Shown in pieces: positions 40,989 through 54,048 of a stretch of DNA of 64,000 nucleotides. Below the pieces are notes generated by a model, which saw nothing but the letters and a program-made list of their open reading frames with translations, ran no database searches and was not told the DNA's origin. Both the position numbers and the translations under genes were made by a program. How positions within the stretch are numbered: position 1 is the stretch's first letter; the number at the start of each line of letters is the position of its first letter. The DNA is from Octopus sinensis (taxonomy: Eukaryota): positions 70,618,001-70,682,000 of the forward strand of contig NC_043004.1 of the NCBI RefSeq assembly GCF_006345805.1. Reading direction: 5' to 3'.

Positions 40989-42185
40989 GTAAGAAAAATT
41001 CAGTTGTCACTAATTGTGACTAAGGGTGTCAAAGTACCTACATTACTAGAAATAAGAGTTAAAAAAAAAAACTCTTAATGCTGTCAGAAGAGCACAATAT
41101 ATATACACTGATAGGGGAGTCAACCACCCCATGACTGTCTGAAGAATCAGCAGACTAGACCTAATTTTGCCTATTCCAGAGACATCATCAGTAATGAGTG
41201 CTCAAGCAGTCGATAGTTCAGCCAACCTCATCTGCCAGTATATATATTCTTACCATAAAAATTTAGCAAAATGCTAATGTGTATACTAAAACTTTATATA
41301 AAGAGCTAGATGCACTGTAATACCATACAGGAAAAATTTAATCATCACTAATTGTGACTAATAGTGCTAAAGCACCTACATTGCTATAAATAAAAGTCAG
41401 TGTATATGTATTGTGCTCTTCTTACAAAATCAAGAGTTTTTTAAACTCTTATTCCCAGCAATGTAAGTGTTTCAGCACCCTCAGTCACAATTTTTATTTT
41501 TGTCACCCTTTTCAAGCCTAGCCAGGCTCATGGGCCCCGTTTCCCGGTTTCTGTGGTGTACGTGTTGCCCCCACCTGGATGGGATGCCAGTCCATCGCAG
41601 CGTTACTCAAGAAACAGGAAGAGAGAGTGAGAGAAAGTTGTGGCAAAAGAGTAGAACAGGGGTCGCCACCACCCCCTGTCAGAGCCTCGTGGCGTTTTTG
41701 GGTGTTTTCGCTCAATAAACACACACAACACCCAGCCTGGGAATCGAAACCACGATCCTCCGACCGCAAGTCCATTGCCCTAACCACTGGGCCATTGCAC
41801 CTCCACCAGTCACAATTAGTGATGATTAAATTTTTCCTTTATGTTTATATTAATTTTTCCTAGATGTTTATATTGATTTTTAGTATACACATTAGCATTT
41901 CACTAAGTCAGCCATAATTTTTTATTGCAAAAATATATTGGCAAATGATGTTGGCCAAACCATCAACCATTTGAGCAGTCACTACTGACAATGTCACTAT
42001 GAAATAGGCGAAACTAGGCCTAGTCAGGTGATTCTAGAGACTTTCATGGGGCGGTTGACTGCCTTGTCATTGTATATATATTGTGCTCTCCTTACATCAT
42101 CAAGAGTTATTTTAACTCTTATAACTAACAGTATAGGTGCTTTGGCACCATTAGCCACAATTAGTGACAACTAATTTTTTCTTTA
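40989..42185. repeat. Foldback/palindromic element with SINE inserted near the axis
   Basis: Left arm (TTGTCACTAATTGTGACT...) is the diverged reverse complement of the right arm (...CCACAATTAGTGACAAC). Confidence 0.75.
41493..41806 (-). mobile_element. SINE family A, fourth tail type (...GGCTAGGCTTGAAAAGGG)
   Basis: Perfect 11-bp TSD CAGTCACAATT at 41482-92 and 41807-17. Confidence 0.9.
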
Positions 42186-42316
42186 CGGTTTTACACTATG
42201 CCTAGATGTTTATATATAATTTATATATATATATATAGAGAGAGAGAGAGATATAGATAGATAGATAAAACTTACTTGGAAGAGGATGCATGGCATTCAA
42301 TCAAATAATATAAATA

Positions 42317-42369
<53 letters not shown>

Positions 42370-43094
42370 TATATATATATATATATGCATATATACATAC
42401 ATATTTGAAATAATAGTTCATATTCTATGTACTGGTACTTCGTGTTTTTTGTTGTACATGTTTCATGACATCCTGTGGCCACATATGCATAAATACATAT
42501 GTATATATTTATACATACATACATACATACATATATATATATATAACAATTTAATAAATAAAACATATGCATATATACATACATATATGTACGTACCTAC
42601 CTCTACATGTATATATACACGCATATATGGGTACAGGACACCAAAAAACCTCGAACACAATGAGAAACGAAAATATAAACACAAAACCAAGGAACTGGAC
42701 ATTTTTCTTACACAACAAAAAAATAGAGTACAGGGCAAATAACACAAGGAAAATTCCCCTTCTTCAGTCGTCATGGTTTCATCTACTCTGTGTTTCGAAG
42801 GTGAAGGCGATATGCATCTTCGATAGAAACTTTGCTTCCCGCGAAAAGCAAATTAAATAAAATTTGAGATCTTTTTGCGGAGGGGTAAAAATGGTAACAA
42901 AAACAGGACAGTAACGACAGTACAAAATATAAGTAGTAAAAGACAGGACAAGGAGAATAACAAGACAGGAAGGGCTGTTAAGCCGAACGAGAAAAAGTAT
43001 TACGAACGCTATTTCTGTGGACGGCGAAGGAGCAACAGAAATGCCGTCCACACTTCAAGGAAGTCAGGCCAGAAAGACAGTAGCAGAGCTCTCG

Positions 43095-43350
43095 TTGCGG
43101 ATGTCCGCTTTCCATGCTAGCATGGGTTGGACGATTTGACTGAGGGCTGGCGAACTAGATGGCTGCACCAGGCTCCAATCTTGATCTGGCAGAGTTTCTA
43201 CACCTGGATGCCCTTCCTAACGCCAACCACTCTGAGAGTGTAGTGGGTGCTTTTACGTGCCACCGGCCCGGGGGCAATCAGGAGGTACTGGCAACAACCT
43301 TGCGCGAATGTTTTTACACGTTCCACCAGCACAAGTGCCAGTAAGGCGAC
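43095..43350 (-). mobile_element. RTE-type 3' tail
   Basis: Reverse-complement consensus match. Confidence 0.8.
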
Positions 43351-43699
43351 GCTGATATATATACGTATAGATGTAAGTATGTACATATACGTATGTATAT
43401 ATGTAAACACACCAACATCGCTTGACAACCGATGCTAGAGTGTTTACGTCCCTGTAACTTAGCGGTTCGGCATAGAGACCGATAGAATAAGTACTAGGCT
43501 TACAAAGAATAAGTCCTGGGATCGATTTGCTTGACTAAAGACGGTGCTCTAGCACGGCCACAGTCAAATGACTGAAACAAATAAAAGTATAAAAGTAAAA
43601 GTATAATTATATAAAAGTATAATGTGTGTTAAATCCAGCACCATATTGCATGGTGTCATTTGATACTTTCTGTCTGTCTGTTTGTCTATCTATCAGTCT

Positions 43700-44390
43700 G
43701 GGGGTCAATGCAGAAGCTAGGGATGAGTGGTTGATGAAGGCTGTACAAGCAATGTACAACAATGCTGTCAGTTGGGTGAAAGTTGGCAATCAGTATAGCA
43801 ATGAATTCAGTGTACTGGTAGGAATTCACCAAGGATCGATTCTCAGCTCCCTCTTGTTCATCATAAGTCCTCTAGGCCAATAACATAAGAATTTAAGACT
43901 GGCCACTGTTGGGTGTTCCTCTCTGCTGATAACCTTGTTCATACAGCTGAATCACTACCAGAACTAAAGAAGTTTCAGGTGTGGCACCAAGGTCAGGAAT
44001 CAAAGGGCCTTAGAGTTAATTTAGCGAAGACCTAGTAAATAGGAAAACAGACAAATCACAAATCCTTTCATAGAAATGGCTTGGCTCAATATGTAGAAAA
44101 GGTGTAGGTAGAAACCTCATAAGGTGTACCCAGTGCAAGCTTTGGACACATAAGAGGTGCAACTATATCAGAGAAAGGTTAACAAAGAAGGACTTTGTGT
44201 GTGGCAGATGTGGGGGTACATTAAAAAACAGAACTGTACAGAAAATAGAATTCTTCAAATGTCCAGTGGGATACTTAGAAGTAGTAGATAGCTTCTCTTA
44301 CCAAGGTGACCAAGTCAGCAGTGAAGGAAGATGCTCTAAGAGAATGGCTCCTAGAATAAGAATGGGTTGGGCAAAGTTGATGCTTTTATG
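43700..44390 (+). pseudogene. RTE-clade LINE ORF2 (reverse transcriptase) remnant
   Basis: EWLMKAVQAMY...GIHQGSILSSLLF (RT motif), decayed YADD region (SADNLV), KGLRVNLAKT, Cys-rich insert, LEVVDSFSY.GD; stops and frameshifts. Confidence 0.88.
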
Positions 44391-44449
44391 ATTCTGCCAG
44401 ACTGCTGTCTTTTATTAACAGTTTTCTAATTTAGGGAAAAGCAGAGAGG

Positions 44450-45865
44450 TTCATTGAAGCCATTGGACCCAGTACTTGACAGATACTTTATTTTATTGAC
44501 CCCCAAAAGAATGAAAAGCATAGTAGATCTTGGTGTGATTTGAACTTGGAATGTAAAGAAGCAGACAAAATGCCTCAAGGCACTTTTTCTGATATTCTAA
44601 CAATCCTGCTAATCCACTGCCCTTCAAAATGGTTTCAAATTTTTGTACGAGGCCAACAGTTTTGAGGGAAGGGTGTTTGCCAAATTCATTGACCTCAATG
44701 TTCAACTGGTATTTATTTTATCAACTCTTTGGTGGAATTTGAACTCAGACCCTAAAGAAACACAAGAAATGCCTATTAGGCATTTTGTTTGACACACTAA
44801 CGATTCTACCAACTCACTGCCTGTAATAATAATAATACAGGTAATAATAATAATCCTTTCTACTATAGGCACAAGGACTGAAACTTAAGGGGAGGGGACC
44901 AGTCAATTAAAATGACCCCAGTACGCAACTGGTACTTAATTTATTGACCTCGAAAGGATGAAAGGCAAAGTCAACCTAGGTGGAATTTGAACTCAGAATA
45001 TAAAGACAGGCGAAATACCACTAAGCATTCTGTCCAGCGTGCTAATGATTCTGCCAGCTCGCCACTTTACAAGTAATAGTAATAATAATAATGGTTTCAC
45101 ATTTTGGTACAAGGCCAGCAATTTTGGGGGAGGAGTAAGTCAATTGTATCGAGCCCCAGTGTTTCATTGGTACTTAATTTATCGACCCCGAAAGGATGAA
45201 AGGCAAAGTCAACCGGGGCAGAATTTGAACTCAGGACATGAAGACAGACAAGTGCCTGGCGTGCTAATGATTCTGCCAAGCTCACTGCCTTAATAATAAT
45301 AATAATCCTTTCTACTATAGGCAGAAGGCCTGAAATTTGGGGGGAGGAAACTAGCCAATTACATTGACCTCGGTATTTCACTGGTACTTACTTGATTTAT
45401 TGCTTCTGGAAGGATGAAAGGCAAAATCAACCTTAGTGGAATTTGATCTCAGAATGAAGCAGCAGATGTAATACTGCTAAACATTTTACTCAGCGTGCTA
45501 ACAATTCTGCCTGCTCAACAACAACAACAATAGTAATAATAATACTAATAATAATAAATGCAAAACCAAATATATGACACCATAGGCATAATACCGACTT
45601 GAACTTCTAACTTGTCCCTTGAGGTCTCTGGGTGAGACTTAGGGTCAACTTGTACAAATACAAAGCAAAAGTCAAACATATAATAATGATAATAATGATA
45701 ATAATGGTTTCAAATTTTTGCCACAAGGGCAGCAATTTTGGGGAAGGGGATAAGTCAATTTCATTGACTCCTGTGTTGAACTGGTACTTATTTTATCGAC
45801 CCCAAAAGGACGAAAGGTAAAGTCGACTGTGGTGGAATTTGAACTCAGAACGTAGCAACAGACAA
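44450..45865 (-). mobile_element. Head-to-tail cluster of about six family C SINEs separated by (AAT)n
   Basis: Repeated GAATTTGAACTCAG / CTAATGATTCTGCCAGCTC blocks, all in the same orientation. Confidence 0.85.
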
Positions 45866-45927
45866 AATACTGCTAAGCATTTTGCCCAGTGTGCCAACAA
45901 TTCTGCCAGCTCACCACCTTAAATGAA

Positions 45928-45968
<41 letters not shown>

Positions 45969-46064
45969 CAACAACAACAATAATAAAAATAATAATTTTG
46001 TCTGTGTATACATAAACATACAGCTGTAGATGTGTGTGTGTGTTGAAATATTCTTTACACTCTC

Positions 46065-46457
46065 TTTATCGTTTATGTTTCAGTCATTTGACTGCGGCCA
46101 TGCTGGAGCACCGCCTTTAGTCAAGCAAATCAACCCCGGGACTTATTCTTTGTAAGCCTAGTACTTATTCTATCGGTCTCTTTTGCCGAACTGCTAAGTT
46201 ATGGAGACGCAAACACACCAGCATCGGTTGTCAAGCGATGTTCAGGGGACACAAACATATACACACACATACATATATATATATACATATATACGACGGG
46301 CTTCTTTCAGTTTCCGTCTACCAAATCCGCTCACAAGGCTTTGGTCGGCCTGAGGCTATTGTAGAAGACACTTGCCCAAGGTACCATGCAGTGGGACTGA
46401 ACCCAGAACCATGTGGCTGGTAAGCAAGCTACTTACCACACAGCCACTCCCACGCCT
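46065..46457 (-). mobile_element. SINE family B, young (CpGs intact)
   Basis: Reverse-complement consensus match with short internal microsatellite. Confidence 0.9.
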
Positions 46458-46630
46458 ATAATAATAATAATAATAACAATAATAATGGTTTCACATTATA
46501 ATAATAATAATAACAACAACAACAACAATGATAATAATAATCAAAAAATAATAATTTTGTCTGTGTATACATATACGTGCCGATATAGATGTGTGTGTGT
46601 ATGTGTGTGTATGTGTGTGTGTGTGTTTGT

Positions 46631-46679
<49 letters not shown>

Positions 46680-49346
46680 GGAATGTTTACTCACATACAT
46701 ATTTATCTATTATCTCAAGCTGCTGTAGTATGGCCCCATGGGCCTGAATTGTAAAAATGTGTTTCATTCATGGAACAACAACAACAACAATACTTTTAAC
46801 AATAACTTCAACAACAACAACAACAGCAGCAGACCCCTACCTGCAATGTGGTTTTGGTGAGGGTCTCCGAAGGTACTCACAGATCCCTTCTTTTCTCTCT
46901 CGTCATCTCCAGTTATCCTGTTTATGAATATTCACAGACTGTATTAAGAAGACTATACTCGGACAAGGGAATTCAGAACTAGGGAGTTTTTCATGCTGGG
47001 TTTGTAGGGAATTTTTCAAGGGAGTTTTTCTCACTACATTAATACATTTTTTTTTATATGGATGGGGAAGAAAGTTATAGGGACTTTGATTATTTTGTTT
47101 ATTAATTTATTTTTTGCAACAAGTTTTTAGGGAGTTTTACAGTATGTTCTTAAAGGAATTTTTCACTAGGGAATTTTTAATAGATTTGTATAAAAGGAAG
47201 TCCTTTTTTTTTATATTTTTATAATGAGTTTATCGGAAAAGTTTTTGATGAGTTTGTGGAATGTTTTTTCAGAAGGTTTATGAGTTTTTTTACAAAAAGA
47301 TTGTAAGGAGTTTTACTCAGTTTTGTTTTTTTTAGATTACTTGTGAGATTTTTTTGGTAAATTTAAAAGTGATTTATTAAATTTATAGAAAGTATTTAAA
47401 TTGATTTGAAAGGTACTCCTTTCTGCAATAATTTTTAAAGAAGGAAGTTTTTGCTTGTTTTTTTGTTTTTTTTTCAGTAGGGAGTTTCTTTTCTAGATTT
47501 CTAGACAGTTTTTTTTTCCAAGGTTTTTAACACATTTCTGAATTTAAAGGGATCTCTTTTTTTTTACAGTTATTTTCTTTAGCATATATTCAGGAGTTTT
47601 TGCAATCATTTTAACATATCCTTCATGATTTGTAAAAAGTTTTTCAGATATTTTCACAGAATTTTTTTTAAGGTTTATTCAGATATTTTCAGAAGGTTTG
47701 GAAAGGGGATGTTTCTTAAAGAATTTCTTTAATTATATCTTTTTTTCCCTAATTCTATAATCACAAAATCTATAATTGCGTTTTGTTCTTTGTTTTATAA
47801 AAGGGTGTCACAAATTTTTCCTTATGGATTTTTAAATGATTTTAGGAAAGCTCAAAAGAGGTATTTTAAGGGTTTAAGTATCTCAAAGTCACATTTTATA
47901 ATTCTTATTACATTGGCTTCAAAGAAATTCCATAACCTCCTAGAGTTTTTAACTTTTCAGCAATAATAAAGTGTTTGAATGCAGTTTTAAGGATGCAGTC
48001 CCCCTTTTCTGTGTTTTTTTTTTTTTTTACATTGAAGAAAATCCCATTATCTCCTTTGATGTTTTCAATTCAATCCAACACAATAGTCATTATTTTATTT
48101 CATTTATGAATGACACTAATGTCCTTGAAAGGGGCATAAACCCCAGAACCTTCTGTTTCACACTTCACTTTATAATGATCCAAAGTTGCATGTGATTCCT
48201 ATGGAAGAATTTCTTAAGCTTTAAAGAGATTCTTTAACTGCTTATAGAGTTTTCCGAAGATTTTCAGATATAAGAAAGTGTTTCAAACATTTTTTAAGGG
48301 TTCCTTTCACTGGTTCCCTTTTCCTTTTATTTATATATTTATATATTTTTAACTTTTAGTTTTTTTTTTACAATGACACCTTCAAGAAAATCCCATTAGG
48401 TCTTTTGATATTTTCAATTCAATTATTAACATTTTGTTTCATTTACACATGACAATAATGTCCTTGAGAAGGGCATAGATGCCACTGCTTCACATTCCAT
48501 GATGATATCCAAGACTGTGTGTGTTTCCTATGGAAGAATTTAATATATATTTTATCATTCTATGGATTTCCTTTTCTCAGTGTAGCTGCAGTTGCTGTCG
48601 ATGCTGAAATTGGCACCGAGAGTATTGTTGCTGTTGATGTAATGGCAGTAGTAGTGGTGGTGAGGATTGTTGCTGTTGTTGTTGTTGATGGTGGTGTCGG
48701 TGGTGTTGTTGGCGGTGTCGTAGGTGTAGTCGGTGGTGTTGAAGGTGTCGTAAACAGATGATCGGCTTCGATACGTCTCTCCTCTTTCGCCATCCCCATC
48801 TTCGATGCCTCGGCCGCCGCTGTCGCCACCACCACCTCCACCGTGCACGTTCCTGTTGTTGTCATCGCAGTAACCTGTTGCTCTTGTTGCTGTTGCTACT
48901 GCTAAAGCTATGGTTTTTGCTGTTGTTGTTGTTGTTGTCGTTTCATTCCCCCTTCTCCAAATCTTCTAGAACTTACTACTACGACCACTACTACTTCTAC
49001 CACCACCACCACCACCACCACTACTGTTACTACTGATATTACCACGACTATCACCACCACCACCACTACAACTATTACTTCTGATACTATTACAACTACT
49101 ACTACTACTACTATTACTACCACCACCACTACAACTACCACCACCCACCTCAACTACTACTACTTCTACAACTGCTATTTCTACTATTACTATTACTACT
49201 ATAAAGGGTGTTTATTATTCTTCATTGAAAGGTGGTGATGTGTGATTTGAGGGAGATTTAGCTGTTATTTCTAGCAGACCAAGAGACCATGTAGAGGCGG
49301 CTGTGGTCAATGTTGGGAGTTTAGTTGATAATTTTTGCTGCCAATA

Positions 49347-49390
<44 letters not shown>

Positions 49391-51379
49391 CAACAACAAT
49401 AATAATAATGTTGTTCACATTGCTGCTACATTATTCTTCTGAGCTAATAATATCGTCAGTTATTTTCCCCAAGTTATCACTGGTTGAGTAAACCTTGGAT
49501 CAAAGATATTCCAGTTTTATCATTGTTTGCTTACTTGTTTATTATGGATATAGTGCATCCAATACTACATTATTCTATGCGTCCTTCTGTTCTTGGAATA
49601 ACAAAATCTAATTTGAAAGTAATTTGGCTGCTATCTCTAGCAGGTCAAAGGCCTATATACAGGAATTCCTCTGACCTTGTTAACGTTGATTTTTTTTTTT
49701 TTACAGTTTTCTGGATAATATTGTTGTCGATGTTGTTTATGAGGTTTTCATTTTTTTTAGAATGCTCCTTGTTTTTATTGAAGCTGTTCTTTGCAAATTT
49801 TCTTCTTTTTTCATCTTCCTTATAATGATGTTTTTGTCAATAATGTTGTTCTTCTTCTTGTTAATGTTGTTTGGCATCATAATGTTGTCATCATCATCAT
49901 CATTATCATTGCAATTCGATTTAATGAATGATATAGTTCTTAAATTTATTGTTTGTCTGTGTTGTTTTTCTTACAATATCTCCATTCTTAATAATGCTGT
50001 TTTTACATCATAATGTTGATAATTTAATGAATTATGTTCCAATTGTTGCTGTCGTTTAGCCCTAGGTCGTCTCAGATTGAGCAAACCAGACAGACCTTTA
50101 ATCAAATAAAAAAGAAAAATTCCTTCCACAAAACTGCTTTCATTTTTGGATTCCTGGGAAAATTCTTCCAGCGAAGAAACTGTTTTTAAGTTTAAAAAAC
50201 AAATTCATTATCATTTTTTACTCCAATTTTGGTAGATTCATTTTCCTTAATGTTGATTTTAAGGATGTTAATTGATGGAAAATTAATTATAACGTCGTTA
50301 ATATTATGTTTTTGTGACTTATATAAAGCTGTTGATGTTATATAATAATAAATTGTGTCGTATATAAATTTTACTTTTTACCTATCATAAGTAGAATCAG
50401 GTCAGTGAACAGGTAAGGGAGTGGGATGACAGGAAAAAAAGGGTTAAGAAACACCTGTCTGAGATATTTTTCAAGGTAGTAAAGTGTGATTTAAGGGCAA
50501 TGTGACTGCTATTTCCAGCAAAGTGAAGTGACCATGTAAAAGCTTCCTCTTTGCAACAATTTCAGATATTTTAGCTCCAAATAATGCTGATTCTGTTAAT
50601 ATTTAATTTGATAGTGTTGATGCTAATAATAATAATAATATAAATGTTAATATGGTTATCTAAGGATAATATTATCCAATGTGCCGTTCCATTTTTTAAG
50701 ACAGTAGAGGGTGCCAGCTGAAGATTTGGCTGCTATTTCTAGCTAGACAAGTGACCATATAAGTACTCCCTTGTTAGTTCGTTGCCGTAGTTGTTGTTAT
50801 TGTTGTTGTTTCTCTTAATTATAATAACAATGTTATTGTTTTTAAAATAATAATTATTTCTTCTCATTACAGTCATGGTTAATAATTAGTACAACATCTT
50901 TATGATATTAATAATAATATCGTTTTGTTAGTTTCAAGCATGTGACTTTGTTGTTGTTGCTGCTCCTACTTTAATTAATTAATTAATTAATTAGTAATAA
51001 TTAATAATGTTGTTGCTGTCATTATTGTTATTACTAATATTCGCTTTTTTTTAAATTAATGTTGCAGTTATTTAAACTCGGGTCAAACCACATCAAGGAA
51101 GAAGTAGACTTATAACGAAAGGCATTCCAAGCGTGACCATAACATCTTTTGTTGTTGTTCAAACATGACTTCTCTAGATTTGTCCTTCGATTTTTTTTAA
51201 ACTGATGCTTCTGTTAAACCGGAATTTTTTGTTTGTTTTTCCATGAACATAATGTCAGGGGACTGTTTTGATGGTTTTGAGGGATTGTTGCTTGTCAATT
51301 ATGTTGTTAATGTTGTTTCTTTTGCTAGTTACGGAAAGATATTTAATGGCTTAATGCTGTTATTTGTTATTGCATCTTC

Positions 51380-53335
51380 TTTCATATTTTTTCATTATTT
51401 TTCTTCTTTCTTGTCATCGTGACCGACATTGCAGGCGTGAAGAGAAAGAGAGAGGCAGACGATGGAAATTGTCGGCGGCAGACGACAGATGAAGGAGTTG
51501 CTGGAAAGAGTAAAAGTGAGAGGAGGAAGAATGAAGTGAAAGATGATGATAGAGTAGGAGGGGGCAGAAGAAAGAGAGAGAGAAAGAACAACAGAGTGGT
51601 TGACTGAGTGAGATGAATGAGTGAAGTTGATTTATTGGATAAGGGAGAAAGAGTGATTGAATAATTGATTAATATAGAAAACGTGAGAGTAATTGGTTAA
51701 GAGAGAAAGCGAAGGAGAGAGAAAGTAAATATTCGAATGAATATGAAAGAGTTATTCGTTAAGAAAGTGATTGATTGAATGATAGGGGGAAAGATTGATT
51801 GAATGAAATAAAATAACCCGGGGAGCTGAATGAGCAAGGGAGAAAACCTTAGTAAATGAGTGAGTAAAAGGCAAGTATGACTGAGAGAGAGAGAGAAAGT
51901 GAAAGTGAGGAGAGAAACAAAGAAATTGCCGGTAAGTCAACAGATCGAAGAAAGGGTAAAGGTGTAAGAGAGAGGAATGGAGCGTAACAGATGATAGAGT
52001 GAGAGTGAGAGAGAGAGAGAGAGAGAGAATAGCTGATTGAATGGATGAGAGAGACAGAGTAGGAGAAAGACGAACAGAAAAAAGAGCTTTGAGAATACCT
52101 TGTCTTTCACAGACGACAGATTGGATGAGTGGGTAGAGGTGAGAGGAGGATGAGTGGAGGGAGAGTGTAGAAAAGCAGAAGAAAGAGAAACAGTATGTGC
52201 GTAAGAGAGAGGGAGTAATTAAGTGAAAGAGGGAGTAAGTGAGTGAGAGATAAGGAGAGAGTAGCTTCGATTATGAAACTGTTGGTGACAAACAACAAAT
52301 GAGGAGAGTGAAAGTGTGAGAGAAGAGAGAGAGGGAGAGAAGAGAGAGGGAGTTAAGAGAGAAAGTGGTGGAGAAAGATAAAGAGAGAAGGAAAGAAGAG
52401 CGGGAGAAGGAGGGAGACAGAATGAGAGGGGTAGAAGGATAAAAGTAGAGGGAGTGAGAGGGGGAGAGGGAGAGCGATAAAGTAAAAGAAAGTTGCTTGT
52501 AAAATGAAAGTGTAAGCAACAGCTGAAAAGAGAAAATGAAAGAGTAAGAGTGGGAGAAGAGAAAAAGGTGGAGAAAGATAGAGTTTAGTTAGAGAGAGAG
52601 CGAGAGAGAGAGAAAGAGAGAAAGACAGAAACAGATAGATAGACAGACACATAGACACGGAGTCACAGATGGAGAGAGAGTAATGGAGACAGAGAGAGAA
52701 GGAGAGGGAAAAAGAAAGAGGTGAGAGAGTAAGTGGCCTTTGGATAATAGATTAGGGAGGTGCAGAGGTGGGTGAGAGGCGCGAAGAGTCAACAGTAATG
52801 AATTGCAGAGAGGGAGAGGACACTAAAGGGGCTTACTGTTGTTGTTGTTGTTCAGCCCTTGGTCATCTCTGATCGAGCAGACTTGTTATCAATGGCATTT
52901 CCAACCTTGACCATCTCGTTTTTTAACAACGCACAACGCACCCAAGATTATATCATTTTGTAAGAGAGTAAGGTGTGATTTCAAGTTGATTTGACAACTA
53001 TTTCTAGCAAGTCGAGCGAGTGCGTCCAGGAGATGGGTAGGATGAAGAAAGAGGGCGCAGGAGGGGGGACAAAGAATTAGAGGAAGATAGAGATAGAGTA
53101 TGATAGAGAGAGAGAGACGAAGAGAGAGAGAGAGAGTATAAAATAACGGTAAGGAAAAATATGAAAACCATTAAAGGTGTAGTGAGAGTGGAAGAGAAAG
53201 AAGGGGAGAAAAGAAGAGCAAAGAAGGCAGAGGCGAAGGAGGGGGAATAAAAGTGAAAGTGAAAGAAGCAGGGAGAGAAAGATGGAAAAGAAGAGAGAAG
53301 TAGGAAAGAGGGTGAGAGGCAAAGCATAGCATCCA
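51380..53335. repeat. ~2 kb polypurine (GA-rich) low-complexity tract
   Basis: Plus strand overwhelmingly A/G. Confidence 0.9.
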
Positions 53336-53844
53336 TGTTTTCATAACTTCATATTAATATCTACAAAAAGAAAAAACAAGACGCAGCTGATATTTTTAGT
53401 TATATTTATTTAATTATTTATGATGTAATTAGGAGTCATTACGACCGAAAGGTATACGTGTCGTGCCTCTGTCGCTCTCTCCCCCCCCTCTCTCTCTCTT
53501 TTCCTCCTGGATTTCCCAGTCCCACTCCATTACTCTCTCCCTCTCTATCTATCTCTCTCTCCCCTCTCTCCCTTTCTCCCTCTCTCAGTTGAAGAATTAC
53601 ATGTTCAAGCACTGCTCTTGCACTAGGAGCAAGACCCAAAGTATTTAGCAATCCTGTAGCCACAACCTCCCATTGGCAGCTATTGTTGAGCCCTGGGTGA
53701 ACCAAACCTTCATTGGGTAGTCTTCTTATAAAGGAAGACATTCTACCCATAACAATCCCATATTTTTGTATATCCAATTCACTGTCTTTTTTTTAAGATA
53801 CAATGATATGATGTGAAGAAAATGTAGCTATTATTTCTAGCAGG

Positions 53845-54048
53845 TCAAAGATGGCAAGCTGGCAGAATCGTTAGCATGCCAGGCAAAATGCTTAGCAGTA
53901 TTTCATCTGAGTTCAAATTCCATCAAAGTCAACTTTGCCTTTCATTCTTTAGAGGTCAATAAATTAAGTACCAGTGAAACACTGGGGTCCTTGTAATTGG
54001 CTAGTCCCCTCCCCACAAAATTTCAGGCCTTGTGCCTTTAGTAGAAAG
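53845..54048 (+). mobile_element. SINE family C inserted into another repeat
   Basis: ATTATTTCTAGC occurs on both sides (~53830 and ~54050). Confidence 0.75.

Noticed and set aside
51438-51607. Basic ORF with KRKRE after a possible acceptor
   Set aside because: Composition is explained by the GA-rich tract it starts
53590-53700. Acceptor after a CT tract with a short frame
   Set aside because: All frames close within ~20 codons; the pyrimidine tract is a microsatellite
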